A DNA stretch of 11,115 nucleotides from a virus (lineage: Duplodnaviria; Heunggongvirae; Uroviricota; Caudoviricetes), in IMG/VR virus record IMGVR_UViG_2923302340_000003. One strand, 5' to 3'. The notes beneath the pieces were generated by a model, which was not told the origin of the DNA, did no database searches, and was given only the letters and a program-made list of their open reading frames with translations. Positions 6,822-11,115 of this stretch are shown in pieces. The stretch's first letter is position 1. Each line of letters begins with the position of its first letter. The position numbers and the translations under genes were made by a program.

Positions 6822-7179
6822 GGTGCACCTCCTGGCGAATACGGGCGGCGAATACCATCACACAGCCATCAGGAGATTGCTGGCGTGCTTCCTGTTCGCT
6901 GGTGGCCTCGATGTGAATTACGCGCGGTTGTGCCGTGCTCAGGGCGATAAAACGCCAGATAAAATTGTTCTCGCATTTCTGAATAAACAGCGTGTTTTCT
7001 TCGCGCCCTTTCCATGTTGCCGAGATATAGCCCATGTCATTGAGCATCTCGCAGGCATCCACCAGCGTATCAGCGGCTACGTGTACAGTGTTTTTACCGT
7101 CAGCCATGCAATCACGGTGCACCGCCAGGAAGGTGTATATAAATTTAGGGTGAGTTTGGGTATGCTGTGTTCCAGCCAT
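6814..7179 (-). CDS. Hypothetical protein (121 aa, MAGTQHTQTHPKFIYTF...), first gene of the replication operon
   Basis: GGAG Shine-Dalgarno 9-12 nt upstream of ATG at 7179. The track's 335-aa ORF (to 7821) is an artefactual upstream extension that crosses the divergent promoter and the opposite-strand gene. Confidence 0.55.
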   Translation of the reverse strand: MAGTQHTQTHPKFIYTFLAVHRDCMADGKNTVHVAADTLVDACEMLNDMGYISATWKGREENTLFIQKCENNFIWRFIALSTAQPRVIHIEATSEQEARQQSPDGCVMVFAARIRQEVHHA

Positions 7180-7253
7180 AATCGTTACTCCAGTTAACGG
7201 TTTGGTTAGACGCCCTGCATGTGTTGCGAGCACTGCGGGGCGTCGCTCTTTTA

Positions 7254-7305
7254 GGTGTATTTCACCTTTGCTTTTTAATTTACTCACTGGTGAAATACAC
7301 TTCAA
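7254..7305. promoter_or_regulatory. Operator-like perfect 12-bp inverted repeat GTGTATTTCACC-N22-GGTGAAATACAC overlapping a candidate minus-strand sigma70 promoter
   Basis: Left arm 7254-7265, right arm 7288-7299. Candidate minus-strand promoter: -35 TTGAAG (reverse complement of 7299-7304) and -10 TAAATT (reverse complement of 7276-7281) with 17-bp spacing. TATACT at 7331-7336 may be the -10 for the plus-strand gene. Confidence 0.5.
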
Positions 7306-7366
7306 GCCTTTTTTTATCATTTTTTTTGCGTATACTGACATACACCAATTTTTAGGAGATCCAGAA

Positions 7367-7546
7367 ATGGCAACTGGTGCAAAGAACGCAAAATCACAAA
7401 TGACAACTGTCAGAATCCCACATGAAGTAATGGATGATATTGAGCAACTTAAAGAACCTGGCGAAAGTACCGCTGGTTTTTTAGTTACTGCCGCAAAAGG
7501 CGAGATCAAACGCCGCCAGCGTCGCAAGGCCAAAGAGCAGGAGTAG
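7367..7546 (+). CDS. Small protein (59 aa, MATGAKNAKSQMTTVRIPHEVMDDIEQLKEPGE...) divergent from the replication operon; candidate regulator
   Basis: AGGAG Shine-Dalgarno 7-11 nt upstream of ATG at 7367. Basic C-terminal tail. The track ORF 7202..7546 has an implausible N-terminal extension. Confidence 0.5.
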   Translation: MATGAKNAKSQMTTVRIPHEVMDDIEQLKEPGESTAGFLVTAAKGEIKRRQRRKAKEQE

Positions 7547-7767
7547 TTGATCAGCACCGGACGACCAGAAAAAATTGCATCAGTCGCGCCACCAGCAGTA
7601 TTTTTTGCTTTCCGGACAGCGTGGCCAACGGCATTTTGCAGCAAAATATTCTGCATTTCTGGCGTGCTGTAGAAACGGTGATCAGCGCCTTCACATTGAA
7701 CGAACTTGTCGCTAAAATTCACCCACATAGCAAACATCGCGGTGCTGTAGGTAATTCGTTCACAAAG

Positions 7768-7798
7768 GCGCTCCGGCAACGGGGCGCTTTTTCTTTTT
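7768..7798 (+). terminator. Strong rho-independent terminator (plus strand), possibly weakly bidirectional
   Basis: GCGCTCCG (7768-7775) pairs with CGGGGCGC (7780-7787) around a GCAA tetraloop. This is an 8-bp stem with one G-U pair, followed by TTTTTCTTTTT (7788-7798). Confidence 0.7.
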
Positions 7799-7813
7799 GT
7801 AACGGTCAGAGCG

Positions 7814-8614
7814 TTACACATGGCTGTTTTCCTCCATGCGACGGGCTAACCAACGCTGCGAAAGACGAATTAATTCAGCTTTCCGCTGGTGGTAGTCCTG
7901 GCCTAACTCAATCAGCGTGATATTGCTCTGCTCAAGGTAAGAAAGGTGCTCAAGCTGCAACGTGCTCATGTGGTCGCGTGGTTCGCCTGTGATGCCGTTC
8001 GCCTGCGCCCACTGTTTTGCAGTCATGCCACCCAGCACGATACGCGCCAGCATATTGGCTTCCGTGGTGTAGTGGTGCTGGAACGTGTTTTTACCCAGTT
8101 CAGCCCGGTACGCCTCCAGCGCGGCGCACATCGGCTTAAAGTAACTGGCAACGGTGATACGGGCTTTCAGTTCCCGGCGTAACGCTGCGGAACGAACAGG
8201 CGCTACCTTGTGTAGCTCCTCCTCGCATTTGATGAAGTACTGACGAACGGCGCGGCCCTGTTCGGTGCGTTCGACCATCGCCAGTTCTTTCGCCATGTTC
8301 ACGGTAATGATGTACTCAAGAGCTGTTTGCTGGCGAGATTTTGCGCTCACCGGATCGGGTCGGCTCAAATATTCAACAACCTCATAATCCACGCCTTCCG
8401 TGAAGCCGTATTCTTCAATGCGCCCCTTGATCCACGAACGGAAAACGCGACCTACACCTAACGCCTTATGCAACGCTCTGGCGCTAACAATATTGGTTTC
8501 ACACCCGCCAATAATGCCGGAAATAACCGGGATAATTTCGCCGAAATTTTGCAGATTCTGGTTTTCAGGCCGAACGAAGCCCTGCCCCTGTACGGGCGTT
8601 TTTCGCAGTTTCAT
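7814..8614 (-). CDS. Phage antirepressor-like protein (AntA-type N-terminal domain)
   Basis: The N-terminal region SARALHKALGVGRVFRSWIKGRIEEYGFTEGVDYEV resembles the AntA antirepressor domain pattern, recalled from memory. 266-aa ORF. Confidence 0.65.
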   Translation of the reverse strand: MKLRKTPVQGQGFVRPENQNLQNFGEIIPVISGIIGGCETNIVSARALHKALGVGRVFRSWIKGRIEEYGFTEGVDYEVVEYLSRPDPVSAKSRQQTALEYIITVNMAKELAMVERTEQGRAVRQYFIKCEEELHKVAPVRSAALRRELKARITVASYFKPMCAALEAYRAELGKNTFQHHYTTEANMLARIVLGGMTAKQWAQANGITGEPRDHMSTLQLEHLSYLEQSNITLIELGQDYHQRKAELIRLSQRWLARRMEENSHV

Positions 8615-8691
8615 AAAAACTCCTGCTATCGAATTAAGTTACTTTTTATTTGCTGGTGGATAGCTGGGGAAAAAGCCCCGTTGCTGTTTAA

Positions 8692-8919
8692 TCAGGCTGA
8701 TGTGTTTCGGCGTTCTTCCAGCCAGCGATTAATCTCTACCGCATCGAATGCAGTGCTTTTCTCACCCAGTTTGATGGGCTTAGGCATCTTCCCGCTACGC
8801 ACCCAACGATCGAGCGTTGATAAGCTGGTACCCAGCAATTCAGCCAGGCGATAGCGGCGGATATAGCCAGTTGCAGGGATTGCGGTTTGAAGTATTGGTT
8901 GGTTTTTCATATGCCCCAT
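8692..8919 (-). CDS. alpA: AlpA-family phage transcriptional regulator (about 72-75 aa)
   Basis: Motif RYRLAELLGTSLSTLDRWVRSGKMPKPIKLGEKSTAFDAVEINRWL matches the AlpA/Vis-type pattern. The track ORF start at 9003 is an extension. Likely start is ATG at 8919 or 8910. Confidence 0.75.
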   Translation of the reverse strand: MGHMKNQPILQTAIPATGYIRRYRLAELLGTSLSTLDRWVRSGKMPKPIKLGEKSTAFDAVEINRWLEERRNTSA

Positions 8920-9022
8920 TACCTTTGTTGTTGGTTTGTGATTCGTAATAGGGGCATTAAATAACAAATGAAATGATGTGTGTGTGAGTTTTAGAAAAAA
9001 CACTGTGACTTTTCTTATTTCA

Positions 9023-9805
9023 CTATCTAAAACGCTCTCGCCAGCTTTTCCAAGTGTTCTTATCTGGTTGTGGGATTACAATGCCTTTTTGAGCACCTAT
9101 TTGTGCAATTTTTTTATTTAACTTGTTAGGCGGCAAAGATATTATCTCATTGTCTGTTAATCCGGCAATTCTTAATAATCCATATATCATTTTAAATTGA
9201 TGTATTGTTAATCTTGGTAACTTGTGATTTTCTTTTTTTATAGTGTTGTTTATGGAGTAAATTGGAAATCCATTTGTTATTGATTTATAAAGGTTGTCAA
9301 TGTGCTCTCTGGTTATTAATAATGAATCAGGTGTAATCTTAATGTTGCCGCTTGTTTTTGCATGGCATGAAAAAATAAATGTGGGATTCGCAGTGCGACG
9401 TGAAAGCGGTATGGATGTATTCATAGAGATAGTTTTGTTTCTTACTATAGTCTCTTGAATATCAAAAACTCCAGAAACCTTTGCCTCAAAAATAACACCA
9501 TTTTCTTTTATTTCATCACTATATTCATGAATAATTATGCCAAGAGAGGAAATTTCTTTTTTGATGAGAAAAGAAATAAAATCAATATAGTCTTCATCCT
9601 TTGGCCATGTAAAATCACGATAACCAAAATACCCCTCACAGTAAGCATTTTTTATTTTTGTGGCAAAATTAATTCTGTTAATATCCTGCCAATGCCATAA
9701 ATCATCTATTTCACATTCTAAAATTTGAGCTGCTCTATCTAAAGAGCAGAATTCTAATGGAGGTAATTGTTTTTTTTGCCATATTGTTTCATTAATATTT
9801 GTCAT
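9023..9805 (-). CDS. AT-rich orphan hypothetical protein (260 aa) inserted between int and alpA; candidate cargo gene
   Basis: Uninterrupted ORF in a block that is clearly more AT-rich than the flanking int and alpA genes. Asn/Ile/Lys-rich. No recognisable motif. Confidence 0.65.
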   Translation of the reverse strand: MTNINETIWQKKQLPPLEFCSLDRAAQILECEIDDLWHWQDINRINFATKIKNAYCEGYFGYRDFTWPKDEDYIDFISFLIKKEISSLGIIIHEYSDEIKENGVIFEAKVSGVFDIQETIVRNKTISMNTSIPLSRRTANPTFIFSCHAKTSGNIKITPDSLLITREHIDNLYKSITNGFPIYSINNTIKKENHKLPRLTIHQFKMIYGLLRIAGLTDNEIISLPPNKLNKKIAQIGAQKGIVIPQPDKNTWKSWRERFR

Positions 9806-9861
9806 GATTGCACTACCGTTATGAAAAAATATATTCGTTAATGAATTAGCCTTAATGTCTA

Positions 9862-11115
9862 TTATTTATTAGATTGCGTGATGTCAGAACATATCATGTT
9901 TTCTAAATTCACCAGCAAATCAGTCCACTGTGCCAGCGCCGCTTTGCGCTCATCAAAATATTGATGGCGGTTATAAATGCCCTCTACGCCTTTTATGCGG
10001 TGGTTAAGGCATCGTTCAGCAACGATCGGGTCAACTCCCAATGCTGCTAAATGTGTTCGTGCTGTTCGCCGGAAGTCGTGAATTGTAAAGTTGGGGACGT
10101 TCGGCATTTCTGCTCTGACTTTTGCCAATGCAACAGGAAGGGTGCTTTCCTGGATGTGAGGGATCATTCTGTGCTGCATTTTTCTGGCAGGTAATACCCA
10201 TGCGCTATTGCATGAAAATGTGTGCAATTCTCGCAACCATTCTATGGTCGCTGGTGGTAATGGTATGTCGATAGCATCGCCATTTTTAGTTCGTTGTTCT
10301 GGTAGATGCCAAATCGCGCCATCTAAGTCGAATTCATCCCACCTGGCGGCGCATAATTCCATTTTTCTGACACACAATGCTAAGAGCAACTTAAAGGTTA
10401 ATTCGTTCTGGCGGCTGAATCCTTTGGCTTTACGCATGGCCTGAAAAAATTGGATTAATTCGTCACGGTTCAGCCAGCGATCACGAGATAATTCTTTCCC
10501 ACCAGCATCTGATACTTCAAAAGCTGAGCAGGGGTTAACCTCCAAAGCAAGGCGTTTAATACCGTAGTCAAATATTCGACGTGTCCACCGAAGAACGTCA
10601 GTAGCAATTGTTGGAGCGCCTCTATCAACAATGCTTTTAAGCATGGCATCAATATGGCGTGGTTTTACATCTTCAACCTTCATGTGGCCTATGGCAGGAT
10701 TTATGTCTTTATCAATGCGCCTGCGGAGAATATCTGGGTGTTTCCATCGGGGAAGTATTTGCCGTGCAAAGTATTCGGCGGCAAGTTCAGAAACATGCAG
10801 CGCGTTTTTTTCAGCTTCTATTTTTGCCAGTGCTTCGGCTTTACGCTGCTGTTTTTCTGCGGCTACGTCATATCCCAAAGCAACTCGTGCGGAAAGTTCT
10901 TTTGCCAGTTCCCTGGCTTTTGATAACGATAATTCAGAATATGAACCAATAAGCATGGCACGAGATTTTCCCGCCAGTTTATATCGAAACCGCCATGTCG
11001 GGGATCTATCCACCTCTCTATACCGGAGATATAGCCCACCACCATCAGCACGACCTTCGAAATGTTCTCCGGCTTTTATCCATGCGCGGATCTGCATATC
11101 TGTGAGTTTTGGCAT
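9862..11115 (-). CDS. int: P4-type tyrosine integrase (417 aa), apparently full length
   Basis: N-terminus MPKLTDMQIRAW...GGGLYLRY is typical of P4-family integrases. C-terminal catalytic motifs HDFRRTARTHL and EGIYNRHQY (Tyr nucleophile) are present. Confidence 0.9.
   Translation of the reverse strand: MPKLTDMQIRAWIKAGEHFEGRADGGGLYLRYREVDRSPTWRFRYKLAGKSRAMLIGSYSELSLSKARELAKELSARVALGYDVAAEKQQRKAEALAKIEAEKNALHVSELAAEYFARQILPRWKHPDILRRRIDKDINPAIGHMKVEDVKPRHIDAMLKSIVDRGAPTIATDVLRWTRRIFDYGIKRLALEVNPCSAFEVSDAGGKELSRDRWLNRDELIQFFQAMRKAKGFSRQNELTFKLLLALCVRKMELCAARWDEFDLDGAIWHLPEQRTKNGDAIDIPLPPATIEWLRELHTFSCNSAWVLPARKMQHRMIPHIQESTLPVALAKVRAEMPNVPNFTIHDFRRTARTHLAALGVDPIVAERCLNHRIKGVEGIYNRHQYFDERKAALAQWTDLLVNLENMICSDITQSNK

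Larger units (their letters stand above)
1..11115. mobile_element. Integrative phage-satellite-like island (P4-like / PICI-like); boundaries and att sites lie outside the window
   Basis: Gene content seen in sequence: P4-type integrase at one end, AlpA-family regulator, antirepressor, replication protein with adjacent iterons, and no structural phage genes. Several compositionally distinct AT-rich blocks. Element type is an inference from the gene set. Confidence 0.7.

Noticed and set aside
6814-7821. 335-aa minus-strand ORF from the track
   Set aside because: Only the C-terminal 121 codons (6814..7179) have a Shine-Dalgarno-preceded start. The N-terminal part runs through the divergent promoter/operator, the opposite-strand gene 7367..7546 and a terminator. 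It is treated as a read-through artefact.
7621-7920. 99-aa plus-strand ORF
   Set aside because: It reads straight through the strong intrinsic terminator at 7768..7798 and overlaps the antirepressor gene. No Shine-Dalgarno.
8400-8854. Plus-strand ORFs 8400..8663 and 8468..8854 crossing the antirepressor-alpA junction
   Set aside because: They are antisense to two well-supported minus-strand genes and span their intergenic region. No ribosome-binding site.

Overview
This window looks like most of an enterobacterial integrative mobile element of the P4-like satellite / phage-inducible chromosomal island (PICI-like) type; all calls rest on reading the sequence and recalled family motifs, with no database search run. 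Reading right to left on the minus strand: a complete P4-type tyrosine integrase (9862..11115), an AT-rich orphan cargo gene (9023..9805), an AlpA-family regulator (8692..8919) and an antirepressor-like gene (7814..8614). A divergent control region follows, with a perfect 12-bp inverted repeat and a small plus-strand gene (7367..7546) ending in a strong intrinsic terminator. Next is a tightly coupled five-gene minus-strand operon (7179..4559) ending in a TOPRIM-like/RecA-like replication protein, followed by an AT-rich iteron array that is probably the origin. Further left are a ProQ/FinO-domain gene, a PerC-like regulator, small genes, an HTH protein and a second iteron array. The left end carries an AT-rich plus-strand two-gene operon (1..1244) whose first product has a DUF3800-like motif. 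No capsid, terminase, tail or lysis genes are present, and no tRNA, rRNA or CRISPR array was found. The two AT-rich cargo loci (1..1244 and 9023..9805) are the best candidates for an undescribed accessory or anti-phage function.
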